DNA from: a virus | Lineage: Duplodnaviria; Caudoviricetes | DNA: 28,509 nucleotides | IMG/VR virus record: IMGVR_UViG_3300025296_001836 | Span: 1 to 28,509 of that record | Strand: one strand, 5' to 3' | In this document: positions 7,329-16,077 of the stretch, one piece after another | Numbering within the stretch: position 1 is the stretch's first letter | Layout of the letters: the number at the start of each line of letters is the position of its first letter | The notes under the pieces: model-generated | The model's input: the letters and a program-made list of their open reading frames with translations, nothing else | What the model was told of the DNA's origin: nothing | The model's database searches: none | Position numbers and translations under genes: made by a program

Positions 7329-7871
7329 ATGAGCACGCGAGAGGATACTAGCATCGAGGCGCGGCTGCTGCGGCTGGCGGCGATGGAGGAGATATGCCCC
7401 GCCTACGAGGCAGAGGTTGCTGCTGGGATGGATGCTTCCGAGAGTGATACTGACTGCGTCAAGTGTGGCGGCACAGGCGCTTATCCGCTCATCCAGCTGC
7501 CTGACGGGAGGACGCTGCAGGAGAAGTGTCAGTGCATAGACAGCTATCAACAATGCTCTGAGTGCTGGAACATTAACAGAGATTTAGATAACTTAGGCCA
7601 TGTGGAGAAGCTCTACCACGCCGATACGTGTCTGTATCTTTCGTGCCAGGGCCGCGGCTGGGTGCTCGTGGGCGATGCTCCTCACTACGAGACGGCGTTG
7701 TGGCGATTACAGGTATGGTTCTTCGAGTGGTATGCCCGACAGGAGCCAGGATATTCAAATATGATGATGTTCGTTGCCAGAGCGAGATTGGCATCCGCGC
7801 CAGAAGCCATACTTGAGGACGTCGAGCAGGTGCTGGGGCTCACCAAGCCCGTTACAGAGGAGGTAGGATAA
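7329..7871 (+). CDS. Cys-rich protein with DnaJ-type Zn-finger-like motifs
   Basis: SD AGGAGGT. Motifs CVKCGGTG, CQC, CSEC and CQGRG. Confidence 0.8.
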   Translation: MSTREDTSIEARLLRLAAMEEICPAYEAEVAAGMDASESDTDCVKCGGTGAYPLIQLPDGRTLQEKCQCIDSYQQCSECWNINRDLDNLGHVEKLYHADTCLYLSCQGRGWVLVGDAPHYETALWRLQVWFFEWYARQEPGYSNMMMFVARARLASAPEAILEDVEQVLGLTKPVTEEVG

Positions 7872-8082
7872 ATGGTATTTGAAGACAATTACCTAACCAA
7901 GCTAACAGACAAGGAACTAGCTAAGAGGGGGGCATAATGAAATCTCTGCTCTATGTAACGGTAAGAGATGGCAAATGACAATACCCGTCGACTTTGAGCG
8001 AGATAGTGATGTGCTGTTTGGAGAGATAGTACGAAGACTTACTAGGTCCATTATAGAGGATACGCCATGCGAATCTTCATAG
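7872..8082 (+). pseudogene. Small gene interrupted by one extra G in a G6 run
   Basis: ATG 7872 reads MVFEDNYLTKLTDKELAKRG-A-stop. Removing one G from 7927-7932 gives a 69-aa ORF continuing HNEISALCNGKRWQMTIPVDFERDSDVLFGEIVRRL...CESS-TAG (8082), which fills the gap between neighbours. Confidence 0.65.
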
Positions 8083-8426
8083 CCGGGCCCTACGGCGATC
8101 ACAATACTCAGAAAGTCATAGACCAGAATGTTAGAAATGCTGACAGTATAGGAAGAGTTCTCACCGCTCTAGGCCACTTTGTCTTTGTGCCTCACAAGAT
8201 GTCTCGTGGCTGGGAGAAGGACTCTAGGATACCGCGGGAGCAATGCTTGGAGTTAGACAAGAGCTTCCTAAAGTACTGGGCAGAAGGACTATTCCGGTTA
8301 AGTGGCCATAGTCCTGGCGCCGACGGTGAGGAGGCTTATGCCAGAGAACTCGGTCTTCCTATATTCAGAGTGATAAGTGATACAGAGTCTTATCCGAAGT
8401 CCTGGTCATCGGGAGGTAATCTCTAA
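8067..8426 (+). CDS. Nucleoside 2-deoxyribosyltransferase-like fold protein (DUF4406/DUF1937-like)
   Basis: RIFIAGPY, GHFVFVPH, LD..FL and SPGADGEEAYARELGLPIF motifs. Confidence 0.8.
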   Translation: MRIFIAGPYGDHNTQKVIDQNVRNADSIGRVLTALGHFVFVPHKMSRGWEKDSRIPREQCLELDKSFLKYWAEGLFRLSGHSPGADGEEAYARELGLPIFRVISDTESYPKSWSSGGNL

Positions 8427-8632
8427 TGGGAACACTGACGATAACTGCGCCTGTCTATAGGGAAGACTCACGTATAGCCGAGATAGAAGTAGTCGTAACG
8501 GCTGAGATCACTGGCCCAGGATCAATAGACCGGTGTGAGTGTAAGCATCACTGGGCTAGCCACCGTGCAGGGCAGAAGGAGTGTAGATACTCTCACTACT
8601 GTCCGTGCCTCAGCTACAGACCTACAAGTTAG
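8426..8632 (+). CDS. Small Cys/His Zn-finger protein
   Basis: CECKHHWASH...C....CPC..Y. Coupled to the previous gene by TAATG. Last gene of the + block. Confidence 0.7.
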   Translation: MGTLTITAPVYREDSRIAEIEVVVTAEITGPGSIDRCECKHHWASHRAGQKECRYSHYCPCLSYRPTS

Positions 8633-11426
8633 CCGATACATTGTCGGGTCTAGTACTCCCACTCCACTGCCTCACACTAGCCTGACTACGCTGTTTAGCT
8701 TGCTGCACACGGCTGGTTAGCATACTCCAGTAATCTCGGTGACGGTCGTCTGCGTCGAGCTTCAGCCTATCAGCTATACCACCTCGTTGAGTTGCAAGGT
8801 CTCTGAAACCTGCCGACTGCCGGAAGTAGGCTACAGCTTCCGATAACCAGTGGTCGGCCTCGGATAGGTAAAGCTCACCCTTACTCTGCCATCCTTTAGC
8901 TTCGTCAAAGTATGTACGGACTTCCAGTACACGAGTTTGAGCCTCAGCTATGTAAGCCTGAGCCCCGTCTATATACTGACGTGCTTCATTGATATAGCTC
9001 GCTGACATTGCGTTACGCTCACGGGCCTCGGCGACGTAAGCCTGAGACATCTCATTACGCTGGCCGGCTTCCACACTTAGTATCTGGGCTATAGCGTTAT
9101 GTTGTTCAGCTTCAGCTACCAGTATAGCCGAGATAGCATTGCGTCCTCCAGCCTCGTCAATAAACTTAGACGACATAGCGTTACGCTGGTTAGCCTCATC
9201 TACATAGGCTTCAGTCATGACTCGGCGGGCTTGAGCTTCCTGAACGTACTGGGTACTCATATTATTACGCTCAGCTGCAGCACCAAGAGCTACCTGAGCT
9301 GCAGCATGTCGCTGAGAGGATTCTTCAATTAGCCTGGCAGACATTTCATTACGGGATTGGGACTCCGATATAAATGCCTGGGCGCCTACCGCCCACTCGG
9401 CGGCTTCACTAAGGTAACGAGATACCTGAAGCATACGTCCTTCGGCCTCACGGATATAGGTGTTGGCTTGGGCGGTATGTCTGTCAGCTTCGGCCAGGAA
9501 GTCCTTGCGTCTGTCGGCGTAGGCTTTAGCTATCTCTATACTAGCGAGTGCGTACTCCTGATTAAGTTCAGCCGCTCTATCGCCGAGGTTAACCTTGTCT
9601 ATAAGACCGTCGCCTGCTTGGAGGTACTCTTCAGCTCCAGAATCTACATGAGTTGAACTACCCACGTCGTCTACGAGGAAGTCCTCAATTCCTGGATCAT
9701 CAAATGTCCAGGTGTTCTCAGCGCTCTTGAGGTCGCCAGCTGATGCATCAGTCTTGTGGACTAGTTCTAGGAAGGTAGCAACTTTATCGAGTGCCGTATC
9801 TGCTAGAGCGTGGAAGTCGGGAGCGCTAGGGATTTTATCTAAGGCTTCCGTCAGTGAGTTAGTAGCTGCGCTGATGAATGTAGCTACCTGATCGAGAGCA
9901 GTATTCGCATCAGTGTTGTTCTGGTCTACTTTGTCTAGCGCCTCTACCGCGTCGAAGACTGGAGACTCTCGACGGAAGTCTCCTGTCAAGTCTGATGTAA
10001 AGGACACTGACACTGTGAAGTCATTCGTTCCTTTAGCTGCTACCACAAATCGACTATCGTAGGTTGAATCTCCTGTACCGAAGATATCAATGATATCTCC
10101 AACACTAAGCCCGTGAGCGGTGGAGGTGAACTTAGTACTCTTACCTCCATTGGCGGTAGCTGCAGCAGATATATGCCCGACAATAGGACGGAGTTTATCT
10201 AGCTCAGTCCCGGCTTCTCCAGTGTGAGTAGCTACCTTACCCAAAGCCGCGCCAGCTTCATCAGTGTGAGTTGTGACTTTGTCAAGAGCAGCATCTGCTT
10301 CTGTTCCGCTATGAGTGGCTACTTTATCTAACGCAGTTGGAGCCTTCACAGATGAGTGTTTAGTTACTTCATCTAGCGCAGCCTCAGCCCGGCTAGTATG
10401 GGTAGGTATTTTGTCTAAAGCTTTACCAGCCTCAGCAGTATGCGTACCGACTTTATCTAGAGCAGTGTCTGCTTCCCCGGTATGGGTTGCTACCTTAGCT
10501 AACGCATCAAATGTAGGCTTGCCTGCAGCTGTACCTATGAGAGACTCTACCTTATCCAGCGCAGTATTGATATCCGCTAGTGGGGTAGTAGTACCGTCTA
10601 GAGCAGCAGTAATCTTAGCATACGGGCCGGTTGTAGAGGTTTTGAGTTCATTCAGTGCGGCCTCGGCTGACGCGAACGCTCCAGAAGCGTTAAGTAGCTG
10701 CCTGGCTGCAGAGTCCCCGTCCTTGATAGACTGGAGATTCTGCTCCCTAGACTTCATGGCTAAGGCATAAGCTATCACTCCATTAACCATGACTTCATCA
10801 AGGAACCTAGGGAATGAACCGTTAGCTGAGTCTGTAGGAGCGGTATGCTCAGCAAAGTAATACACACGGATATGGTCTTTGTCGGCTTGTGAGGATTGAG
10901 ACTCGCCTTCCGCAGCAGTCACCCAGAGGATACCGGCGAAGATATAGTACTGGTTAAATGATTGAGGTACATCTCCTACAGGCCACTCTATTCTGGAAGG
11001 CAGCAGCATGTCAGTTAGGCCGGTAAGGTCTAGAGCTATCCTAGACTTGTCATAGTCCGCAGTGGCGGCGGCTGCAGATAGACCTCCTCCACTTATAGCA
11101 TTGACCGTTCCGTTAGCATAGTCCATCGTGTAGTCAGTATCTCGAACGTAAGTGGTACCAGACTGTTTGATAACCTCGGACCCGTGTTTGATAGGCTTAT
11201 TAGCTAGCGACACAGCAGTGCCTATTATCACAGTGAAGGACTCAGCCGTTACCTTGTAATCTATAGTAGTCTCCTGAATCTTCTCGTCGGGTATGAGCCG
11301 ACTAAAGTCTCCAGTAACTCTGTCAACCATGCGGTTGAGTTCAGCATTAGTCCAGACAACTGTGTCGGTAGTTGGAGAGGACAGCTCCAGCCTAGCAGAG
11401 TCTCGTATGGTAGATCGGTTAGCCAT
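8622..11426 (-). CDS. Virion protein: head-tail adaptor-like N-domain with a long helical-repeat insert
   Basis: 934 aa with SD GGAGGT. N-terminal R..IR..AR.EL...W...ELN helices, a DYTMDYANGTV beta insert and a P.FLDEVMVNGVIAYAL helix typical of adaptor/connector proteins, followed by about 650 aa dominated by 14-aa-periodic helices. Confidence 0.7.
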   Translation of the reverse strand: MANRSTIRDSARLELSSPTTDTVVWTNAELNRMVDRVTGDFSRLIPDEKIQETTIDYKVTAESFTVIIGTAVSLANKPIKHGSEVIKQSGTTYVRDTDYTMDYANGTVNAISGGGLSAAAATADYDKSRIALDLTGLTDMLLPSRIEWPVGDVPQSFNQYYIFAGILWVTAAEGESQSSQADKDHIRVYYFAEHTAPTDSANGSFPRFLDEVMVNGVIAYALAMKSREQNLQSIKDGDSAARQLLNASGAFASAEAALNELKTSTTGPYAKITAALDGTTTPLADINTALDKVESLIGTAAGKPTFDALAKVATHTGEADTALDKVGTHTAEAGKALDKIPTHTSRAEAALDEVTKHSSVKAPTALDKVATHSGTEADAALDKVTTHTDEAGAALGKVATHTGEAGTELDKLRPIVGHISAAATANGGKSTKFTSTAHGLSVGDIIDIFGTGDSTYDSRFVVAAKGTNDFTVSVSFTSDLTGDFRRESPVFDAVEALDKVDQNNTDANTALDQVATFISAATNSLTEALDKIPSAPDFHALADTALDKVATFLELVHKTDASAGDLKSAENTWTFDDPGIEDFLVDDVGSSTHVDSGAEEYLQAGDGLIDKVNLGDRAAELNQEYALASIEIAKAYADRRKDFLAEADRHTAQANTYIREAEGRMLQVSRYLSEAAEWAVGAQAFISESQSRNEMSARLIEESSQRHAAAQVALGAAAERNNMSTQYVQEAQARRVMTEAYVDEANQRNAMSSKFIDEAGGRNAISAILVAEAEQHNAIAQILSVEAGQRNEMSQAYVAEARERNAMSASYINEARQYIDGAQAYIAEAQTRVLEVRTYFDEAKGWQSKGELYLSEADHWLSEAVAYFRQSAGFRDLATQRGGIADRLKLDADDRHRDYWSMLTSRVQQAKQRSQASVRQWSGSTRPDNVSANL
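8820..9491 (-). repeat. 16 tandem 14-aa (42-nt) degenerate repeats, consensus EAxxRxxxxxxYxx
   Basis: Unbroken 14-residue register from EADRHTAQANTYIR to EADHWLSEAVAYFR. Confidence 0.9.
10190..10570 (-). repeat. Tandem 14-15-aa repeats, consensus ALDKVATHTxEAxx
   Basis: ALAKVATHTGEADT / ALDKVGTHTAEAGK / ALDKIPTHTSRAEA / ALDEVTKHSSVKAPT / ALDKVATHSGTEADA / ALDKVTTHTDEAGA / ALGKVATHTGEAGT. More ALDK units follow at about 9,770-9,945. Confidence 0.9.
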
Positions 11427-11443
11427 AGCCTACCTCCAGTACG

Positions 11444-14104
11444 TTAGGGTTCCGTGGCTATTACTTGGACTGCTCCAGTCCCAAATCGTACGGCCAGTTG
11501 AGTCTTACCAGAGCCGTTATCTTTAGTATAAAGCTTCCCGGCATTAGAAGCGGCTGTTGGGTCAGTTGTTTCGGTAAACTTAACGTCCTTGGTAACATCT
11601 CCTTGATCCATAGAGGCTACCCCTGCAAAGCACTCATCAGTATGGACCTCAGTAAACGTAAGCGCTTGTGAGCCTAGCTGACGTGTGGAGTCCGCGTCAG
11701 GATAGACACTGGCGTATAGTGAGATATCCGAGCCCGTTCGAGGCCTCAGCTGATTAGTATACAGTGCGTTGATATACCCATTATCGAAGTAGTGAGTACT
11801 GGTTCCAAAGTCCCAAGGTCCGCCAGGTGTTGAACGTAGTATACCGTTGATATTGAATGTAGTACCGGTGATAGGATCTATCTGGTCGGTTTCTAAAGTA
11901 AAGAAGGACCCTCCAAGAAAGGTTTTAGTCGAGGCCTTAGACCCTACACGGTGGAGGTTATTTGCCGACGGAAATACGTCATCGTAGATGTCTATAGCTT
12001 GAGGTGCTACTGAGAATGCTTGGATGCCGTCGGTGAATACTTTATCACCGTAGATGTTAGCCCAGGCTTTAGTCGATGAGCCTATATCGTCATTTGAGTC
12101 TGTATCATTCACTATATTGCCCTGAACTTCTAGAGTCCAAGGAACTGAGTTACCCATCAAAACTGAAATACCGCTATCGTCTTCTAACTCCACCTTGTCA
12201 AAATCCAGGAATATCTTGTTGTTCTTTGTGCCGGAGCCTACCTCTGCTATATTAAACGCACCTACTTGGTCGTGCCAAAGAGATATGTTCTTATATGAAG
12301 CTCCGTCAAAGGAGGCATATCCCCCACCTGCAGCGTTAAACAGTATCCCGTCTTTGTCAATAACCACCGCCCCATCGCCGGCAGTATACTTACCTGAAGA
12401 TGAGAACGTCTCAGCTTGGACAGACTGACGACCGTGCTCGGGCATAGACCTCCATACCCAAGGCCTTATATACCTATTCCAGGAGGCGAATGGAGTCCAC
12501 TCTACATCTACACCGCCCATATGTATCTGGATTTGGTATATGCCTACCTGGAAAGTACGTACTAGCCTAGACACTCGCCCATCGTAGGTCTTACCAGACC
12601 GGCTATCCTGCACCCTAGCCACGTCCCAGACTTCCTGCCCAACGTTCATAGGGGCAGTGACTGTACCCTGACTGCCGTTACGCTTAAGCCGTTTGATAGC
12701 CCGCTGGGCTCGAGTGACGGCTATAGGACCACTACTAACCGTGTCGTCTACTACAATCTCGGTGAGCGTACCCAGAGCAGTTTCGGAGTCTGTGTCCGTA
12801 TCACTGCCAGAGTGTCTAGTATCTACACTACCTGGCGGTACGTTAGTGTAGGTAACCTTGTTAGGAATGATAGGAGCATCTCGAAGTGCTCCCACGTTGA
12901 AGGAGTGGTCTGTGTCATAGGTGTAGTCTATCGGTGTGAGAGTATCGTCAACATGTTTGACATGGAACCCGTCCTGCTGGACAAACACTGCTAGTAGTGA
13001 CTCGGCCAGTATATCGTGGATAGTAGCAGTGATATTCTGGGCAAAGTCTGAGGAGTATTGAGGCTTATCATCGTCGCCCTGGCCGGCTACAGCGGAGTCC
13101 AGTGATATACTGTAATCATGGCCTACTACTATCTTGGTTGCCTTCGGCTGGGTAGTGGTAGCACTCCAGGTTAGAACCCTAATTCTGATGTAGTATAGAG
13201 AGCTGTTTGGAAACGCTGCATCAGTACTATTGAGGTTCTGAGCTGCCCAGTCGGTAGGCTTATCGAAAGTGATAGTCTTTAGCTTGCCAACAGTATACGC
13301 GGAAGTGTTATCTACCTCCCCAGAAACCGCGCCCCATACAGTCCCGTTCCAGTACTCAACTTGAGTAGTCCAGGTACCTACGCCTACTTGCGTGATGTCT
13401 AAGCTAACCGTATCAAACGTTGTGGCCAGTCCTAAGTAGAACGCATCACTAACGCTGCCAGGGTTAGGCATAAGAGTAACATCATCAGCTGAGCCTAAGT
13501 CCGCTCCATCGGTAGGATCTTTAGCCGCGTCTGTGTAAGATGTATAAGCTACCCCCGTCTCGTGAAGAACTGCCGCATCAGCGATAGTACCTCCAAGTAG
13601 CTCCATCAGTATGTGACGGACTTCTACATCTTTAGCATACTCAATCCGGGTGGTTACTGTCTGCTTCTGCCACTGAATCCTCAGCAAATCCCATAAGGAC
13701 ATTAGTAGCAGCTCTACATGCATATGACCTTCGTAGCTTATACTCCTCTGCTCCGCCACAAACATAGGAGGTCCATTACTCACACGGTCGCCGGAAGCGG
13801 TATTAAAACCCCAGCCTATATCGCAGCGGTAGCCTTTGAAGTCTAGGACGTTAATAGCCTGGTCGAAGTCATCCAGCCGAACTATCCCGGATATGGGCAG
13901 TCCTGATTCACTCACATCAAGCCCGCCCTTATCCTCATCGAACCAGGACTCCAGCTGCTGAACAAAGACTAGCCTATTAGTAGCATCGGTGGTAAGGTAG
14001 GTTCGAGTGGTAGCTCGATCTCTTGACTTGAATACTACAGACAAATAGGGAGTTCTGGAGGATGACTGCTGAGCTGTTGTAAGATCAGCGTGAAGCGTAC
14101 GCAT
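11444..14104 (-). CDS. Tail protein: hub-like N-part, inserted beta-sandwich, C-terminal fibre repeats
   Basis: 886 aa. Insert with YWNGTVW...DNT...FDKPTDW...YYIRIR. Four P...dlGs....w..y-type repeats of about 44 aa. Terminal KLYTKDNGSGKTQLAVRFGTGAVQVIATEP resembles fibre C-termini. Confidence 0.75.
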   Translation of the reverse strand: MRTLHADLTTAQQSSSRTPYLSVVFKSRDRATTRTYLTTDATNRLVFVQQLESWFDEDKGGLDVSESGLPISGIVRLDDFDQAINVLDFKGYRCDIGWGFNTASGDRVSNGPPMFVAEQRSISYEGHMHVELLLMSLWDLLRIQWQKQTVTTRIEYAKDVEVRHILMELLGGTIADAAVLHETGVAYTSYTDAAKDPTDGADLGSADDVTLMPNPGSVSDAFYLGLATTFDTVSLDITQVGVGTWTTQVEYWNGTVWGAVSGEVDNTSAYTVGKLKTITFDKPTDWAAQNLNSTDAAFPNSSLYYIRIRVLTWSATTTQPKATKIVVGHDYSISLDSAVAGQGDDDKPQYSSDFAQNITATIHDILAESLLAVFVQQDGFHVKHVDDTLTPIDYTYDTDHSFNVGALRDAPIIPNKVTYTNVPPGSVDTRHSGSDTDTDSETALGTLTEIVVDDTVSSGPIAVTRAQRAIKRLKRNGSQGTVTAPMNVGQEVWDVARVQDSRSGKTYDGRVSRLVRTFQVGIYQIQIHMGGVDVEWTPFASWNRYIRPWVWRSMPEHGRQSVQAETFSSSGKYTAGDGAVVIDKDGILFNAAGGGYASFDGASYKNISLWHDQVGAFNIAEVGSGTKNNKIFLDFDKVELEDDSGISVLMGNSVPWTLEVQGNIVNDTDSNDDIGSSTKAWANIYGDKVFTDGIQAFSVAPQAIDIYDDVFPSANNLHRVGSKASTKTFLGGSFFTLETDQIDPITGTTFNINGILRSTPGGPWDFGTSTHYFDNGYINALYTNQLRPRTGSDISLYASVYPDADSTRQLGSQALTFTEVHTDECFAGVASMDQGDVTKDVKFTETTDPTAASNAGKLYTKDNGSGKTQLAVRFGTGAVQVIATEP

Positions 14105-14107
14105 TAG

Positions 14108-14500
14108 CTACCTTGCGTTAGGTAGCTCTGATGGAGCCTTTTGCAGGTATCCTAGAAGCTTTGACCCGTTGCGGAGAGATTCGAGAGTCAGAGTAGGTAT
14201 AACCCAGCCTACTACTTTGACTATAACGTCGAAGTCAGTGTCCTCTAAAGCGTAGTATCCGTTAGAGCACGGAGCCTCTAATATGGCCATAGCCTTGTTG
14301 AGGGGATCGATCTCTTGAAGGTCTAGTACCTGCCCTCTCAACTGAGTAACCTGATTACTGGGCTGGTACTGTAGTACCACCTCGACTACTGAATCAACGA
14401 CTGAGATATTCTTAGACTTACTGAGATCACTGGCGTCAGTGAACCGTTTGACAGGCTTACCGTCTAGGAATATGAACGGCTCGTCTTTGATATATCTCAA
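14108..14500 (-). CDS. Hypothetical protein in the tail region (possible assembly chaperone)
   Basis: 130 aa, TTG start, tightly packed in the virion operon. Confidence 0.7.
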   Translation of the reverse strand: MRYIKDEPFIFLDGKPVKRFTDASDLSKSKNISVVDSVVEVVLQYQPSNQVTQLRGQVLDLQEIDPLNKAMAILEAPCSNGYYALEDTDFDVIVKVVGWVIPTLTLESLRNGSKLLGYLQKAPSELPNAR

Positions 14501-14513
14501 AGGCTTACTCTAT

Positions 14514-14762
14514 CTAAGTGGAGAAGTCGCCTATGACTGATACTGGTATGTCAGTCTCCGGTTTGACTGGGACAGGCTTTGTAGCTTCTTTAACCGCGTC
14601 CTCGATCTCCGCCTTCATCTGTGTGGCCGTCTGCCCCTTATCAAAGACGAGGGCGATCTGCTTTGGCTGTTCCGCATCCACATCGGTCGGCTTTGACCCC
14701 AGCCGTATCCTGACTGACGGATAGCGCGTGTCTGTTCCCTGATAGACCGTGTAGTTTGCCAT
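14514..14762 (-). CDS. Small hypothetical protein
   Basis: 82 aa, ATG 2 nt after the previous stop, co-oriented. Confidence 0.7.
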   Translation of the reverse strand: MANYTVYQGTDTRYPSVRIRLGSKPTDVDAEQPKQIALVFDKGQTATQMKAEIEDAVKEATKPVPVKPETDIPVSVIGDFST

Positions 14763-14764
14763 CT

Positions 14765-15526
14765 TTACACCACCTTTTCGTCTACGTATAGTCGGATCGT
14801 CATATCGTCATTCGTGTCGACCGAGCCGGTCTCAAGAACCCGGAATTTCCCGCCTGTTTCCAGCACTAATTCGGGTGGAAGCGGTATGAAGATGTCGGAG
14901 CTGTTGGTGAACGCAGTCTCTCTGGTAACCCCCGGCATAAGATTGTAGTGGCGGGTTAAGCTGGCCGCCTGTGTGGCCCCGAAGTTGATGAGGAGAACAT
15001 CTCCAGTGCCAGTTGGCAGGACCAGAAGCCGCAGTTGCCGGTTTCCAGACGTAGCCGTTGTTGCCAACTGCACGTAGCAATAGAGTATTTTCCATTGTCG
15101 ATTGGAGGGCACGGTAAACGTCTTGTCTATATCGTTAGCCGACTCATCTTGTTGTAGGGCGGCTCCATAGACGTGGTTGACTCCCGCCACCCCTAGCAGG
15201 GGAGTCGCGCTCCCAGGAGACCGCAACCTGTCCCAGGTAGTCCCGTTGAACACGTGGGGCAGCGCGAGAACATCCAGGATAGTGGTCGGTTGCGTCAGGG
15301 CGTCAGCGGGGGTATCCCCCTGTCCAATAACGTTGGTACCTTCCAGGAGCTCGGTGTAGACATTGCCTTCAGGAGACACCCGAATCCGGCGCACGTCCCC
15401 TTCGTCACCAGACGCAGGAGAGGTCTCATCTACGCTGCCACCGATCTGGACAGGATTACCGGACTCAGCATCATCACTAGCAGCAACACCCTGTACCTTT
15501 GGGTTAGAGACAGTTTCCTCGCTCAT
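14765..15526 (-). CDS. Putative virion structural protein (beta-rich C-domain)
   Basis: 253 aa with SD GGAG. GNPVQIGG and FNGTTWDRLR segments, then a jelly-roll-like FTVPSNRQWKI...LPPELVL domain. Confidence 0.75.
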   Translation of the reverse strand: MSEETVSNPKVQGVAASDDAESGNPVQIGGSVDETSPASGDEGDVRRIRVSPEGNVYTELLEGTNVIGQGDTPADALTQPTTILDVLALPHVFNGTTWDRLRSPGSATPLLGVAGVNHVYGAALQQDESANDIDKTFTVPSNRQWKILYCYVQLATTATSGNRQLRLLVLPTGTGDVLLINFGATQAASLTRHYNLMPGVTRETAFTNSSDIFIPLPPELVLETGGKFRVLETGSVDTNDDMTIRLYVDEKVV

Positions 15527-15537
15527 ACAGTATACTC

Positions 15538-15849
15538 CTACGGAGTCCCATAAAGCTGAACATCTACCGTAGCGTTGGACTCACCAGTCTGCTTGATCAT
15601 CTTGAAGTTCTTGATATCCTCGTAGCCGGTTACTTTCCACTCAGATCCTACCACATACTCTTTCTCGCCATTACCGCCAGCAGCATCAGGAGCTGCTGAA
15701 GCTAGACCAAAGATCTTACCACCACTACGGTGCTGAAAGTCTGCCACGAACCTATTGAGAGGCGCACCTGTAGTTTCCAATAAACTGGCAGTTATTCCAA
15801 TAGCCGTGTCTACTGTGATTGTCTCGGCAGCCTGTTGAATCAGAGCCAT
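15538..15849 (-). CDS. Small beta-rich putative structural protein
   Basis: 103 aa with SD AAGGAG, in the post-capsid cluster. Confidence 0.75.
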   Translation of the reverse strand: MALIQQAAETITVDTAIGITASLLETTGAPLNRFVADFQHRSGGKIFGLASAAPDAAGGNGEKEYVVGSEWKVTGYEDIKNFKMIKQTGESNATVDVQLYGTP

Positions 15850-15852
15850 AGC

Positions 15853-16068
15853 CTACTCTCCTTCGTCCAAGCCTCTGCGTAGTTGTCGACCTCCCAGACT
15901 ACCCGCTCCATCACCAGTGGCTTTCCTAGCCATGCTTGTAACCATAGCTACACATTCTTTGTGAGATTTCTTACCTTCCCGAACACACTCTGATATAGAT
16001 TCAGATACGGCAGACTTGACAGCATCGTCACTGGAGTCAGGTCTAAGATTCTCTACATGTAGCGGCAT
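15853..16068 (-). CDS. Small helical hypothetical protein
   Basis: 71 aa with SD AGGAG. ISECVREGKKSHKECVAM pattern. Confidence 0.7.
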   Translation of the reverse strand: MPLHVENLRPDSSDDAVKSAVSESISECVREGKKSHKECVAMVTSMARKATGDGAGSLGGRQLRRGLDEGE

Positions 16069-16077
16069 TGACTACTC

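Noticed and set aside
4049-8426. Z-genome (2-aminoadenine) or other defined hypermodification pathway
   Set aside because: No PurZ, DatZ, MazZ, thymidylate-synthase-like, queuosine-pathway or glycosyltransferase gene recognised in the window.
8820-10570. CRISPR array or DGR template/variable repeats in the 42-nt periodic region
   Set aside because: The repeats are in frame, degenerate at synonymous positions and have no unique spacers. No reverse transcriptase or adenine-specific repeat pair was seen.
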